This document shows, piece by piece, positions 12,803 to 25,427 of a DNA stretch of 64,000 nucleotides; the first letter of the stretch is position 1, and each line of letters starts with the position of its first letter. Position numbers and translations under genes: made by a program. Under the pieces are notes generated by a model. It saw only the letters and a program-made list of their open reading frames with translations, ran no database searches and was not told where the DNA came from. The DNA is from Hemiscyllium ocellatum (lineage: Eukaryota). Location: NCBI RefSeq assembly GCF_020745735.1, contig NC_083425.1, positions 29,437,575 to 29,501,574 on the forward strand, given 5' to 3'.

Positions 12803-13884
12803 TAACTATTTCAAAAAATGATTGAGTCAATTACAAGGTTTTATTAAGTGAAAGGAAGATAATATCTTTGCTTCCTAACATCAAGAAAAGTAATAAAATG
12901 AGGTATTGAAAACACACACTTACACACAAACAAGCGTGAACACACAAACCAAGTTAAAAAGGACAGAGTGTCTAAAACAAAAATGAAGAAGCTAGGATAT
13001 TCAGTTTTAAAAGTCCTTAGCATCCTTGATGGAAACCTAAAGCTAACCAATGATTTGAATCCTCTGCAGTCGTGAGATTTGTAGATAAAATGAGTCCTTA
13101 CTGAATGGAGATATCTCTGATGTGCTATACACCAAGTGTTCTCCCCCAAGATGCTGAAAGAAAAATAGAGAGAAAGAGAGCAAGCCTTTCAGTTACTTGG
13201 TACAAATCTATCATTCTTCTGTCTGTGCTTATCCCAAAAGCTATTGTATGAACTAGAGTTCCTTTATGTTATCCCATATCTGGCTTCATTGATTTTTCCA
13301 TGATGGATAATCTGCATAAGGTGCATAAGATATACATAATCTGCATAGATAAGGTGACTTTAAGATCAGTGTGTAAAGCTTCCAAAAAAGTTTCAGTGAC
13401 TTTAGTGGCATATTAATTTCAGTTCAATTTGTTTATTGTAGTTTTTATGAACTGGTGTAGCCAGGTGATCACTGTGACCATTTTAAGTCTTTATTTTCTT
13501 CTATATAAAAGAACATTTTAGTCATGAAAGTTCTCAGCTGTTAAAATGTGTGTGTTTTTTTCTGGTAACCAATTTAACAGTGAAGGAAAAACAGGGACTT
13601 CCAATATTTCAACGCTTCAAAGATCCTTTACAACAGATGTCACTATTACTCTCCTGAACATTGTAAAGTTAACTATGTCAATTTAGCTTGCATAAACATG
13701 GATAAACAGGCCTCAGTCACCAAGGATCAATTCTGATTGTTGTTGCCAATGTCTGGATCCTATTTGTTCACACTTCTCAGAACACTGCAAGTTTTAATTC
13801 ATTGGTTTAACTCACCAGGCATATAGATAATAAAAACAATAACGTTCATCAAGCAATTTATGACAGGAGATCACAACAGGACCA

Positions 13885-14822
13885 GGAGAAAGCAGAGTTA
13901 ACATCCCTGAAGAAAAGTTACTGACCTCCAGTGGGATACCACCATCTGACACATGTTCCCCTCCTAGCCTTGTCAGCATTTTGCAGAAATTGTTCACTCC
14001 TGGTCCACTCCTCCACCACTCCGAGCACCTCCCCACAGCTTGGGCACCAAAGCATCTTCCCATGTTATCACAGAAGGTGGAACACCTGCCCATTTACTTG
14101 CCCCCTTCTCACTATCCAGGACCCCAGACACAACTACCAGGTGAAGCAGTGATTTACCTGCACTTCATTCAATCTAGTCTATTGTGTTTACTGCTCACAA
14201 AGTGATCTCCTCAAAACTAGGGAGACAAAACATAGAGCAGTTGACTGTTTTACAGAACACGATATTTTGTCTGTAAAAATAACCTCGAGCTTCCAGTTGC
14301 CTACCATTTCAATGCACCAGCCTGTTCCCTGGCCAACATCTCTGCCTCAGGCTTGCTGCAGTTCTCCAGTAAAACTCAGCACAAGCTGGAAAAACAGCAT
14401 CTCATTTTCTACTTGGGGACCCTGCTGCCTTCAGAACTCAACAGCGAACCCAATCTTTTTAGAGTTTGGAGACCTTTTTTATGTCCTTTACCCACCCTCG
14501 CTCCCTGAATCTGTCATGATTTTGGCAAATTTCAGTTCAGCCAACATATTTTCACTCAGTTATGAACCTGATTTTTCTTTCTCCTTGGCATTCTATCATC
14601 CATCCCTTTGACTGCCTAACTGTCAGTCCCTCTCTTGAAGCTCCATCTGTATCTGCTCATTCTTTTCCACTGCCACTCCTGCCTTCAGAATATATGCCAA
14701 TCCTTTCGTAGCTACTATCAGTTATGATGAAGGGTCACTGAACTCGAAATGTTAACTCTGCTTTCTCTCCACTGATGCTGCCAGACATGCTGAGTTTCTC
14801 CATTAATCCCTGTTTCTGTTTC
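13885..14822 (+). mobile_element. Penelope-like element 3' part: GIY-YIG endonuclease remnant plus family C pLTR
   Basis: ~14090-14260 translates to CPLLTIQDP..NYQVKQ*FTCTSFNLVYCVYCSQSDLLK..ETK.R..DCFTEH (PLE GIY-YIG); ends with AGTT-ATGATGA-A-GGGTCACTGAACTC-GAAATGTT-AACT (hammerhead with C3 mutated). Confidence 0.8.
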
Positions 14823-14933
14823 ATGTTCAGAGAGGTACAATTTTATCTTTGTCATCTATCTCAAAAAAGGACCTCAGACAGCTTCAGCTAATTGACATGG
14901 GCCATCAGTATACATCACTATTACTGGAAGATG

Positions 14934-15090
14934 AAAGTGAGTACAGCAGATGCTGGAGATCAGAGTCAAGATTAGAATGGTGCTGGAAAAGCTCAGCAGG
15001 TCAGGTAGCATCCGAGGAGCAGGAAAATCGCCTTTCGGGCAAAAGCCCTTCATCAGGAAACTTCCTGAATCTTCACTCTAATCTTGACTG
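14934..15090. mobile_element. Fold-back PLE-derived element, family A, right arm mostly deleted
   Basis: Left arm ...TTTCGGGCAAAAGCCCTTCATCAGGAA; AGTCAAGATTAGA is inverted as TCTAATCTTGACT at the end. Confidence 0.8.
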
Positions 15091-16399
15091 TTACTGAAAG
15101 CCCGAACATCCACCATCCAGCACCAGATGATGAGTGCTCCATGCTGTTTCTGGGACAATAGTTCTCAAGCTTTAGGGTGTGTAATGAGACCTCTAGCAGC
15201 AGGTGACAGCAGTGAGGAATGGCAGTGAGGAATGGCAGTGAGAAGTGACTCAGAAAATTATGAGATTGTCAGGCAGTGTCCTCATGGGGAGGGACAGAGA
15301 AAGAAAAAGGACACCACCATCAGTGAACTCCAGGCTTAATCCAATATCACTACTCTGTTTTCCTCATTTTAGACTTAATTTCACTTATTGTTTGCAAAGA
15401 CCCGATGCCAGTAGAATGAAGATTCCCTGCCTCATGATCTTGGGCTGTCCATATGCTAAATTCTTAGAATACACTGATGCTTTGCCAGAACGTTTTTAAT
15501 CACTTGATCAAGATGAGAGTCTGATTTATCATGAGTAAGGGTTACTGTTAGTGTTTGTACACTCCCTGCTTAAGGTTGAAAATGGAGAGCCAAATGCTTA
15601 CTCCACATTATCTGTGAGAATACATGAACATTTTCTTGATCGTAGATTAGCAAAATATAGGTCGTTTTTCATTCAGAAGGGTGATTGGGACGTTGTGTTT
15701 TGAAGTTGAAATGAACATTGCGACAAATGTCTAAAACAGCAAACATTCTACCATCAATTATATCATAGGCTGAATAGCAAATGGATAGCATCATTAGTCC
15801 ATTTAGGCTGTCTGCTGCAGTTTTTTTTAATCCAACATATTTAAATCTTAGAGAAATATTAAAAATCCATGTACTTTTTAAAGTGTCAATATTACATTTG
15901 ATATTCAACTTATTAAACTTGAATGACAAACCTCACTTCAAAGGGAAAACTACCTTTAAACAAATTGTGTCTGCCATTTTATAGTTTAAACACATACCGA
16001 CCGTAAGAAAACCAATACCATTGTTCACAACACACATATTAGCATTTTGCTAAAGCTTAGTAAGGTAAGCAAAAAAACCTTGAATGTTTGGATTTCTGTG
16101 ATCAGATTCAGATTGCCTACTCCCTAAAGATACCTGGTACTACAATTTATTCATCCAGTGTGCTTGATTCCTGAGTCTAATGAAATCACCACAGTTCTCT
16201 GCTTTTACTATATATTGTCAGTGCCCATTACATCAGTTAAAGGTGAGACTTGCTCAGATCTTCCAATTCCCTTGCTGTTATCATAACACAGGATGCATCT
16301 GGATATCAATGGAAGTTCATTGAACCATCACCATTATGCACAATGGAATGAATCTGGATGGTATAGGTGCAAGCAGAAATAACTTTCATCATAGGGTTG

Positions 16400-17065
16400 A
16401 CCACTTTATTACCTCTCAGTTTCTCCAGTGCTTTATTGACCATGAGCTGCCCAAACATTGTACTATTTATTCATTTATAGAGTTGTAATTACTGGCGAGG
16501 CGTTGAAGGTGGTGAAGAGGGTGTCAAGAAAAAGGAACGGTTTTGTCTTTGTAGTGTTGAGCTTCTTGAACATTATTGTAGATGCGCTCATCCAGGAAAG
16601 TAAATTGTATTCTATCACCCTCACTCCTGACTTGCACATATAGATGGTGGAAAGGCTCTGATAGGATAGGAGGTGCATTTGCATGCCACAGAATGCCTAA
16701 CCTCTGATTTGTTTTTTTAGCTGGGTTCATATGGCTGCTCTGGCTATCTTTCTGGTCAACAGTAACCCCTGAAAGTTGATGTTAGGACATTCAACAATAG
16801 TAATGCCATGAACAATCAAAAGGACACATTTAGACTCTCTCATGCTGTAGATGGTCATTGCCTGGCAATTTTGACTCAAACGTTTGACACAAATATTAAA
16901 TGCCATTAACAAGCCCAGGCCTGGATGTGATTGAAGCTTAGTTTCACAATTAAGGACATTGTTCAATCATAAAATAATGTCTCCATTTCTGATTTTATAG
17001 TGATGGAGAAGTCAGTCTTGAAGCTGGTTGACCCTTGGACAATGCCCTGAGGAATTCCTGCAGTG
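16400..17065 (-). mobile_element. CR1/L2-clade LINE, family B, decayed
   Basis: Reverse-strand similarity to the 9600 and 42480 copies (CCCTGAGGAATTCCTGCAG, ATGGTCATTGCCTGGCA). Confidence 0.6.
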
Positions 17066-17496
17066 AAGCTTTTTTTTCCTTATTCTATGTCTTTTTAACA
17101 ATTTGATATAACAAAGTGGCCATTTCAGAGAACACTTAAAAGTGGACCACATTGCTGTTATTCATATAGGCCAGACCAGATGATAAGGATGGGAGATTTC
17201 CTTTCTGAAATGCATTAATGAGCCTGTTGGAGTTTTATAAGAATCAACAACTTCACAGTCACCACTACTGATACTATTTTGTTTAGTCAAGAATTATTTA
17301 ATTAACAGAATGCTAATTTATAAACTATCATAGTGAGATTGATTCATGATTATCAGTGCACATCTCTGGATTACTAGTTGCATTACATAACCATGTATTA
17401 TGTCCATATGATTTATCTGTAAGAATGCTACTTGAAGATTTACTTTTCTTTCAGTCATCATACTGAAAAATAAGGTTTTTTGTGGATTAAAAACCA

Positions 17497-17722
17497 TAAG
17501 AACTGTGGTTGTTGTAAATCAGAAACAAAGGCAGAAGTTGTTGGAAAAGCTCAGCAGATCTGGCAGTATCAGTGGAGAGAAGTCAGAGTTAACGTTTCGG
17601 GTTGAGTGAAACTTCATCAGAACTCAGAGAAGAATCACTGGACCCAAAATGTTAACTCTGATTTCTCTCTACAGATGCTGCCAGACCTGCTGAGCTTTTC
17701 CAGCAATTTTTGTCTTTGGTTC
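17497..17722. mobile_element. Fold-back PLE-derived element, family C
   Basis: Arms TGGAAAAGCTCAGCAG...CAGAGTTAACGTTTCGGG / CCCAAAATGTTAACTCTG...CTGCTGAGCTTTTCCA; the minus strand reads GAGTT-CTGATGA-...-GAAACGTT-AACTC with stem II damaged. Confidence 0.85.
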
Positions 17723-18244
17723 TTATGTGATTGCTGTATAGTACTTCAGGATAGTTTCCTGCAAAGCCAGCACTGTTGACCATTTTTCTTTGCTGTATGC
17801 GCTTTATTTGCTCACAGCATTTACACCACGAGTGGTACTGCTCCACTGACTTGTTACATAGTGTCATCTATTATTTCATCTTCAGTACTGCTTACAAAGT
17901 TTCCAATGGATCTAATGTATTCTCGGGGGAAATGTGCAGCATTTCACTTCCAAAGACATTTTGTTAAATCTAAGCCTGGCTCTCTAAGGAGTCTCTCCCT
18001 TAAGTATGAGATTCTACAATCATTTATGATCATAATTCTGTCAAATATTCCCAAAAAGTGTAGGTGGCTGCTAAAACATTCAACTTAGTTGTTTATTTAT
18101 CCAGATACTACTTTGTTTGCTCTTTAAAAAGAATTACAGTTAACCATGTAACATTTATTAACTCTGAGTTACCTTAGCAATGTGATGCACTCAGTAACAC
18201 AAAGAAATCTGTTAAACATCACTTCCTTTTCTGAAGCTCTATCA

Positions 18245-18450
18245 CATAGGAACAAAGGAACAGGAATAGGCCATTTAACCTTTTAAGCCAGATACACCAG
18301 TCAATGAGATAATGGTTGATCTGCAACATAACTCAACATTCCTGCCTTTCTTCCTTAATACTGTTGATTAACAGCAACCTAGCAATCTCAGCTTTAAAAT
18401 TTACAATTTATTTAACATCAATTGGAATCTACAGGAGTGACTTCCAAACT
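18245..18450 (-). mobile_element. CR1 3' end, decayed
   Basis: CATAGGAACAAAGGAACAGGAATAGGCCATT is the reverse of a CR1 tail. Confidence 0.6.
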
Positions 18451-18602
18451 TTAAATAGATCAACCCCTATCACATTAAAAGCATATCAAGACCACACAAA
18501 GCAGTTGAGGTCAAATCATTGCGTGCTTTCAAGGCATTGGATTTAGCACAAAAGGCATCAAAGGATATGAGGGAAAGTAGGAGTAGTTTATTGAGTTCAG
18601 TG

Positions 18603-18763
18603 CAAGGCTCTTTGCTACCTTCTCCCCACCCCATTTATCTGTTCACCCTGGAGGCTCCCTGCCTTCAGTCCTGATGAAGGGCTTTTGCCCGAAACGTCAA
18701 TTTTCCTGCTCCTTGGATGCTGCCTGACCTGCTGTGCTTTTCCAACACCATTCTAATCCAGAC
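18603..18763 (+). mobile_element. PLE pLTR fragment, family A, hammerhead core at 18667-18702
   Basis: AGTC-CTGATGA-A-GGGC-TTTT-GCCC-GAAA-CG-TC-AATT; 14-bp TSD TATTGAGTTCAGTG (18589-18602, 18764-18777). Confidence 0.85.
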
Positions 18764-18777
18764 TATTGAGTTCAGTG

Positions 18778-18872
18778 TTGAAAATGTGTTGCTGGTTAAA
18801 GCACAGCAGGTTAGGCAGCATCCAAGGAATAGGAAATTTGACGTTTCGGGCATAAGCCCTTCATCAGGAATC
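18778..18872 (-). mobile_element. PLE pLTR fragment, family A (different subfamily), hammerhead core on minus strand
   Basis: Reverse complement ATTC-CTGATGA-A-GGGC-TTAT-GCCC-GAAA-CG-TC-AAAT; followed by a third AGTTCAGTG at 18873-18881. Confidence 0.85.
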
Positions 18873-19049
18873 AGTTCAGTGATTAGCCATAATCATAATG
18901 AATGGCAAAGCAGGTTCGAATGGCCAAATGGCCAACTCCTCCTCCTATTCTCTATGTTTATATGTATTGCAGAATAGGCTTTAGAGGTCAAATGATCTGT
19001 TTCTATCTCATTTTATGCTCATAAATTTGATAATCTCAGAATATCCCTT

Positions 19050-19450
19050 TTTGTAATTTTATTCTTCTGTGCTATACAGTATTTATACACTGCCATCTAG
19101 TTTCATGTCATTGGCCAATTTGGATATGTGGTTTTCCTGTTCAACAGTAAAATCAGTAATAAATATTACGAATAGTGGACAGCCTTACACAGTTCCTTGT
19201 GGATCACCTCTGGTCACATCTTGCAATTCATCCAATAGTTACCATCTACTATCACTCAACCTATTTCCTGGCCCAAATTAATAATTTACTCGCTATTTCA
19301 AGAATTGCAACTTTTGTTAGCAATCTCTTGTGACTGGCTTTATCAAATACTTTCTATAATTCTTTTTCATCAATATCTATAGATCATCCTCTCTCCACTA
19401 CTTTAGTCAACTCTTCAAAACTTTAATCTGGTTTGTTGGACATGATTATG
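19050..19450 (-). mobile_element. Old CR1 RT fragment
   Basis: The reverse strand shows decayed VTRGDPQGTV.G and KLANDMKL (FADDTKL-like) motifs. Confidence 0.55.
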
Positions 19451-19599
19451 CTGGAAACTGATTATTATTCCTTAACTTTCTATCTTGGTAAAAATAATCT
19501 TAAAATGTTGCCTTTTCCTGCTTATCATAAGAGGTTTTGTACAACTGTAATCTTTTGGTGGTCTTATACCAAAAATAATGGACAGATAATCTGTCCTAG

Positions 19600-20050
19600 T
19601 CATAGTCATAGAGATGTAAAGCATGGAAACAGACCCTTCGGTCCAACTCATCCAGGCCGACCAGATATCCTAACCTAATCTAATCCTATTTGCCAGAACT
19701 TGGCCCAAATCCCTCTAAACCCTTTCTATGCATATTCCCATCCAAATGTATTTTTTAAAATGTTGTAATTGCAAGAGCCTCCACCATTTCCTTTGGCAGC
19801 TCATTTCAAACACACACCACCCTCTGTGTGAAAACGTTTTATATTTTAAAATTTTCCCCTCTCACCCTAAACCTATACCCTTTAGTTCTGGACTCTCCCA
19901 CCCCTGGAAAAAGACCTTGTCCATTTACCCTATCCCTGCCTATGATTTTATAAACCTCTATAAGGTCACCCCTCAGCCTCCAATGCTCCAGGGAAAACAG
20001 CACTAGACTATTCAGTCTCTCCCTATAGCTGAAATCCTCCAACCCTGACA
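19600..20050 (-). mobile_element. CR1 LINE 3' end
   Basis: ORF 19839..20114(-) 'GLEDFSYRERLNSLVLFSLEHWRLRGDLIEVYKI'; tail AGTCATAGTCATAGAG. Confidence 0.9.
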
Positions 20051-20054
20051 AGTT

Positions 20055-20200
20055 ATATTGCCTGGAATATAAGCATTGACAAAGAACTGTGGCGAGAACT
20101 CCACTCTTCCTCAAAGTAGGGTCATGGGATCATTTATTTCTCTCAGAGAGGACAGAAGGGACTTGATTTAACATATTGTCCACAAGGCATCAACACTAAG
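20055..20200 (-). mobile_element. Deu-domain SINE remnant (SacSINE/AmnSINE-like)
   Basis: Reverse complement GTTAAATCAAGTCCCTTCTGTCCTCTC...GATCCCATGACCCTACTTTGAGGAAGAGTGGAGTTCTC resembles the Deu core as I recall it; not aligned. Confidence 0.55.
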
Positions 20201-20289
20201 TTTCTTCCAATTCAACTTCAGTATGTAGCAGAGACACTGCAATTAAAATCATTTGACATAAAATTTGAGTTCAAGCATCCAGTGCCAAG

Positions 20290-20415
20290 AACAGTTTGCA
20301 CTTAATGTAATACAGTGTCCCAGGAGTGTTATCAAACAAAAAGTTGAAACTAAGCCACATAAAGGGATATTAGGACAGATAGCTAGAACGTTTGACAAAC
20401 AGATTTTAAAGAGGT
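20290..20415 (-). mobile_element. L2-type LINE 3' tail
   Basis: Reverse complement CTGTCCTAATATCCCTTTATGTGGCTTAG...TTTGTTTGATAACACTCCTG matches the 55410 and 61425 copies. Confidence 0.6.
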
Positions 20416-23400
20416 GGGTCCCAGTTTTCCACGGGTTTATGTTTGGCGCAATAAGGAAATTAGCTAATAAATTTCACCCAAAGACAGCACCTATTTTCAC
20501 CACAACAACAATAATAGTAATTATTATTGTATTTTGAAGTCTAATCCCTTTAATATAAAACATATGTGATGATTAAATGAATTCCATTTTTAGTGAGTGG
20601 AATGCTAAGTTAATATAACACAGTTCACTTCAGCAAAGATTTTCAAATTGGCTTATTTTATCTGTATTTTACAGAACTTCTGATCCTAACATAATCCTGA
20701 AACAAGTGAAAAAAACTCTTACGAAACCATTTCTGTACTTATTATGTTAGTCAAAATTTTAAATGCTAGCTTTCCAGGTCCTAAGTGGGTGTTCAATACA
20801 AAGGAATTTCAGTATTCAAATGGTTACTAACATAATTTCTGCTAAAAATGTATCTGCTAAAATGTATCTGAATTTGAAAGTCAAGTATTTCTGTCATGGA
20901 GTTGATTATCAGAAGTCTTACTAATTGATGCTGGATGTGTTGACAGGTTACATAACACAAATAGAATTGTGACTCATTGTTACACCCACATTTCTTTCCT
21001 GCTGCTACATAAACAAGTCTAATTGTTATATAGTTATCTTCAATATCAAATTCACTGGGAGAAAATTTTGTAATTTTGTTGTAGCTGTTGGACAAACACC
21101 AAGTCACGTATTGGTCAGCACACTGTAACTGTCTACAGTGTCAATACTCAGGACAACTTGAGCTGCCTCAAGTGGCATTTCTGATGTCTCATTCATCTAA
21201 CAACAAAGTTTGAATAAAGTTGAGTTGCTTATTGCTAAGATTAAGCCTGTCCTTACACCTGATTTACTAATGTTCAGCCTGTGACTTAAAGTGACAATTT
21301 TATTGTTGTACTATGCATGAAATGTTTTATACAAAAAAAATTAAAGCAGCTATAGTCAGTGTTAATCCTAACATCTATAAACAAATCAAATCCTAATGTT
21401 CTAACAATTGTTGAGGGGGTTTTGTCATTTTGAGTATGTAGTCGTGATACTCCCTCACATTATATAACTATACAAGGCATCATAAAATTCATGCAAATCA
21501 ACAGTTCTACAGTGTTATCATGTCTCCCACTGCAGCAACTTCAGAGATTTAAGGATGTATACACCATACATATCACTGAAACATTGTGAACCTGTAGTCA
21601 CGGAGACATCATCTGTAGGTGTTAAATATTTATTTCCTCAGCTGAAGGAATTTAGACATGAAGCTCAGCAATTTGGTCTGTATCAAAATAGCCAAGAGAG
21701 AGGTTATAATTCATCATGTCCACAAACACCTTGAAACAGTTGAAATTACATTTATTGCAGTTAAACAGACATAGTATAGTATATTACCGATATTAGTAAA
21801 AAGTAGTCAACACATTTCGGGCATAAGCCACAGTTTCACCAATAGGCTGCAATGCCAAGAAACTACATTAAATATAAATTTAGCCAACAGTTTATTACCT
21901 TTCTGTGCTGCATTGTTCTCAAAATAACATTCAAGATCATGCCACTAGTTTATCATGAAAGAGAATATTTTTAACAATTGGCTTCTTCCACAAACAGGGG
22001 ACTAAGTTATTCTATAATTTTTTGTGAATGAGCATTGTATGATTTATATATTAGAATGTCCCTGAGTTAATATTTTCTCTGACCTGTAGATGTATCCATA
22101 TTTAAATTTATGAACAAATTTATGATTTGTTCATTGGAACCACAAAATATGAAGGTTTGTTGTTTGAATATGAATTCACAAGTGAGTATTCTGTATTCAC
22201 ACATAGCCTGTTATGGAAATTAGCCAAAAGACCAAAATCATGCACCTTTCTTTAAAAACCTTATTTAATCTACTGGTTTGCATTTCTACAAGGATGAAGG
22301 ATCAGAATGTATGCTTGTGAGTCCTGCTCATTATTTTTGGGCTCATGTTTCCCTTCCACTAATTAAGAAAAACTGTGAAATACAATTCTGAAAAAGGACA
22401 ATTAGAACAATTAGTTCTACAAAAGAACAATTTGTATATGTACGTCTCTTGCCATATCTCAACTGATAATGAAAGTTATTGGCACATTCTGTGACTTTCA
22501 CTGATTCTCAGGAATGAGATCCACAATTCATAACCTACCCATTCCAGTTCTGTTGGATGTGGACATTTGAGATATGGTGCCCACCCCATTTTTATGTTGT
22601 AGCATTGGATCAAGTGGCATCTGTGCCACTGGCTGCATCTCGACATTCCCCTATCCAAGCTACTTTTCATCCTGCTTTAGGGAAGGCTGCAGATGGTGTG
22701 ACCATTCCACCTCCTGCCCATGCACCAAACTTTTTTTTCTCTGATTTCCTGCTTTCAGTCAGTCAGTAACTACAGCCTGCCAAACCATAGCAAGCCAAAA
22801 AAGAAGAGAGAACACAGTATCAATGTGGAGACTCCATGTTTGATTTGACACTCAAAATCACCAATTCAGACACTGGAATTACATGCAATCTAGAGACCAA
22901 TAAAGAGTTGGGACCATGCCACAATATGTCACTGGCATGAACAGGTTGCAGATGAAGAATGGTACCTTTCTCAGCTCAGCAGAAAGCACAGACACTAAGG
23001 CATTCTGTTGATGCAGACACAGAAAAAGATCCTGATAGGGCAGGTTACAACAGAATGTTGATGCTGGGCTTATCCAGCAAGATGCACTTGCATTCCTGTC
23101 AGACAGCCTCTTGTCATTATCAAAGAGAAGGAAGAGTCTGGTTCCAGTTGACAGAGATCATTGCACAGAATTTGATTTCTCCAACTCTGCTCCTCTATTT
23201 TCCAGTCATGCTGTACACCAAGAAGATGTACCTATCAAACTAGACTTGCAGCAAGGAATGTAGGAATGAATAAATAGAAAAAGCATACATCCTCATCCTC
23301 ACCAATCTATCAGTCGTAGTTGCACCCATCATCATTGCACAGGTAGGAATAACCACCACATAGTCCATATGCAGACAAATTCCCTTCTTCACAATGAGAA

Positions 23401-24409
23401 CATGCTCTATTGTGTTGTGTGAAGAGATCTAGCAACTCAAAAGCTGAGCATCCATGCAGCAGAATTTTATTAAGTGGCCAACTGCATTCTCATGGCTTGA
23501 TGTATCCCAAACTCCACAGTTACCATCAACCCAGGGGATCAACTGCAGTTCACTAAGGAGTGCATGCAAGAGCAACACCAGGCATACTGAAAGGTGCTTG
23601 AAAGGATTGACCCTTTCTTATCTTGGATATCAATGACTCTGTCTCAAAATGCTGTCATATGAGTCTACACCTAAGGAAAACACCAACAGGTCCCCTCAAC
23701 TCATATTCCATTGTGAAATATGTTTCATCTCTCCCCTCACTATTAGCCAGACTGGGCTAAGGCTGCAATGGAATTTCAATTTAGTCCTGATGAATTGTGA
23801 CCAGCAAAATAAAAATCCAATAAATGATCCATCACAAACACACATGTTTTATGTTTATCACAGGTTTATTGCTAAGATACCTCAAGGAAATTCTGATATA
23901 TACTACCAAACTGAAACATATATGCCATAAAAGAATTCAGAGCATACCACTAGTAGCACGGGGTCTATCATATCATGATTTTGTCCTCTAACCATATTCC
24001 TTCCGAACCAACAATAGAAAACGAGCGAGAGCGATTAAAATTAGTGAAATACATTTGGATTTTTTTCTTTAAGTTCATGATGAAGTAGACACAGTAATCA
24101 TGCCTCAAAATAAATGCGCACACATTTTGAATATCTTGTATAACTTCTCACTTTTATATAAAAGTGTCTGAGCCTGATCAAGAACGGTTTCAATGCATTA
24201 ATAGATCTGTAACTACCTAGAAGGACTGCTGACAGTGTGGCTTGATTAGATGAATATATTTGTGTCTTGGGTTGAAAGGTGGACTAATTTGTCTATATCT
24301 AAAGCTGTAATGACTTCTTGAGGCCTGAACCTTGGCTTTTGAGGGTCGCAGATGTATTAAAATCTAAAAAAGAGGAACAAAAAGCTCCCATCGAGCCTGT
24401 TCTACATTA

Positions 24410-24580
24410 TCATAAGACCATAACACATAGGGTCATTGAGTCAATTCTTCCAATCAATGAGAACATGGCTGATCTGATAATCGTCAACTCCTCAACTTTC
24501 CTGCCTTTGCCCCAAATGCGTGATTCCCTTACTGATTAAAAATATGTCTATCTCAGCATTGAATACAATTAATAACACAC
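24410..24580 (-). mobile_element. CR1 3' tail fragment
   Basis: CATAAGACCATAA...AATGAGAACATGGCTGATCTGATAATC is the reverse of a CR1 3' UTR. Confidence 0.65.
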
Positions 24581-24755
24581 CTCTCATTCCATTCTAGTCC
24601 TATCTTATCATGTGCTGTTCCTGGACCAACTCAACACTGCTGGAATATCACCGGATGACTGACATCCCTGCTTCACTGTTCTCTTTAAAAGGTGCTATAC
24701 ACCCAGACATGCATTGCCATTCCAGAGCTGCTCTGTCCAGTTCCTGACATTTGCC

Positions 24756-24963
24756 ATGGGACATGGGAAATTTGGACCTTGCTTTATTGGCCTGGACCTG
24801 GAGTTCCTGCTAGATGGGGGGATGCAATGTCCACTTCCCTCAGGACCAGCATAGGATTCCACACATCAGATCATGTCAGCATGGCCAGAGGTTGTCACTG
24901 GCTCAGTGCAGATTTTACCACCAAGAGGAATGCGCACAATGTAAGAAAAAAGCCAATGACCTT
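24756..24963 (+). pseudogene. Frameshifted Myb/SANT-like domain remnant, probably PIF/Harbinger ORF2
   Basis: Across frameshifts reads MGHGKFGPCFIGLDLEFLLDG...AWPEVVT..SADFTTKRNA.QCKKKANDL, fitting P.F...LE.LL...W..VA..V.A...R...QC.KK.NDL. Confidence 0.55.
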
Positions 24964-25149
24964 GCCACTCTGCCAGCATAAATACTTTGTCTCTGATACT
25001 TCAAACTCACATTATTTCTGCAACCTTACCTACCCTGCCACTGCAGTTAACATCTACCACTCTGACTATTACCAACCCCAACCATTGATACCACTAACTT
25101 TGCACACTGCATGCACGACCCACTGACTCAACTATGACACTTTCTCATC

Positions 25150-25427
25150 TGCAACAACAGTAAAAGTGTTTCATCTCAATTATTGCCTGAGATTATTTAT
25201 TACTTGTGGAATGCTATTATGCTCTTCTACTGTGAAAACTAATGTAAAATATTTATTCAATTCCTCTGAAATGTCCTAGTTTTCCATTATTATTCCTCCA
25301 GCCTCAATGTCCAAGGAGCTCATTTTTACTTCCATGAGTCTTTTGCGTTGTACATGTTTAAAGGGCCACTTACAATCCCTTATTATATTACTTGCTAGTT
25401 TTCACTCAAAGTTTATTTTCTCCCTCT
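25150..25427 (-). mobile_element. CR1 ORF2 fragment (host of the Gypsy insertion)
   Basis: The reverse strand shows a decayed E.LNKYF.SVFTVE motif; CR1-like sequence resumes after 29460. Confidence 0.6.

Larger units (their letters stand above)
18510..18960 (+). mobile_element. CR1 3' UTR interrupted by two PLE insertions
   Basis: GGCATCAAAGGATATG...TTATTGAGTT | GATTAGCCATAATCATAATGAATGGC...CCTATTCTCTATGTTT. Confidence 0.75.

Noticed and set aside
12364-13632. Possible solo LTR
   Set aside because: The termini are only loosely inverted, and there is no TSD, PBS or second copy in the window.
15209-15243. 13-bp tandem repeat GCAGTGAGGAATG x2.6
   Set aside because: An ordinary slippage duplication with no further structure.
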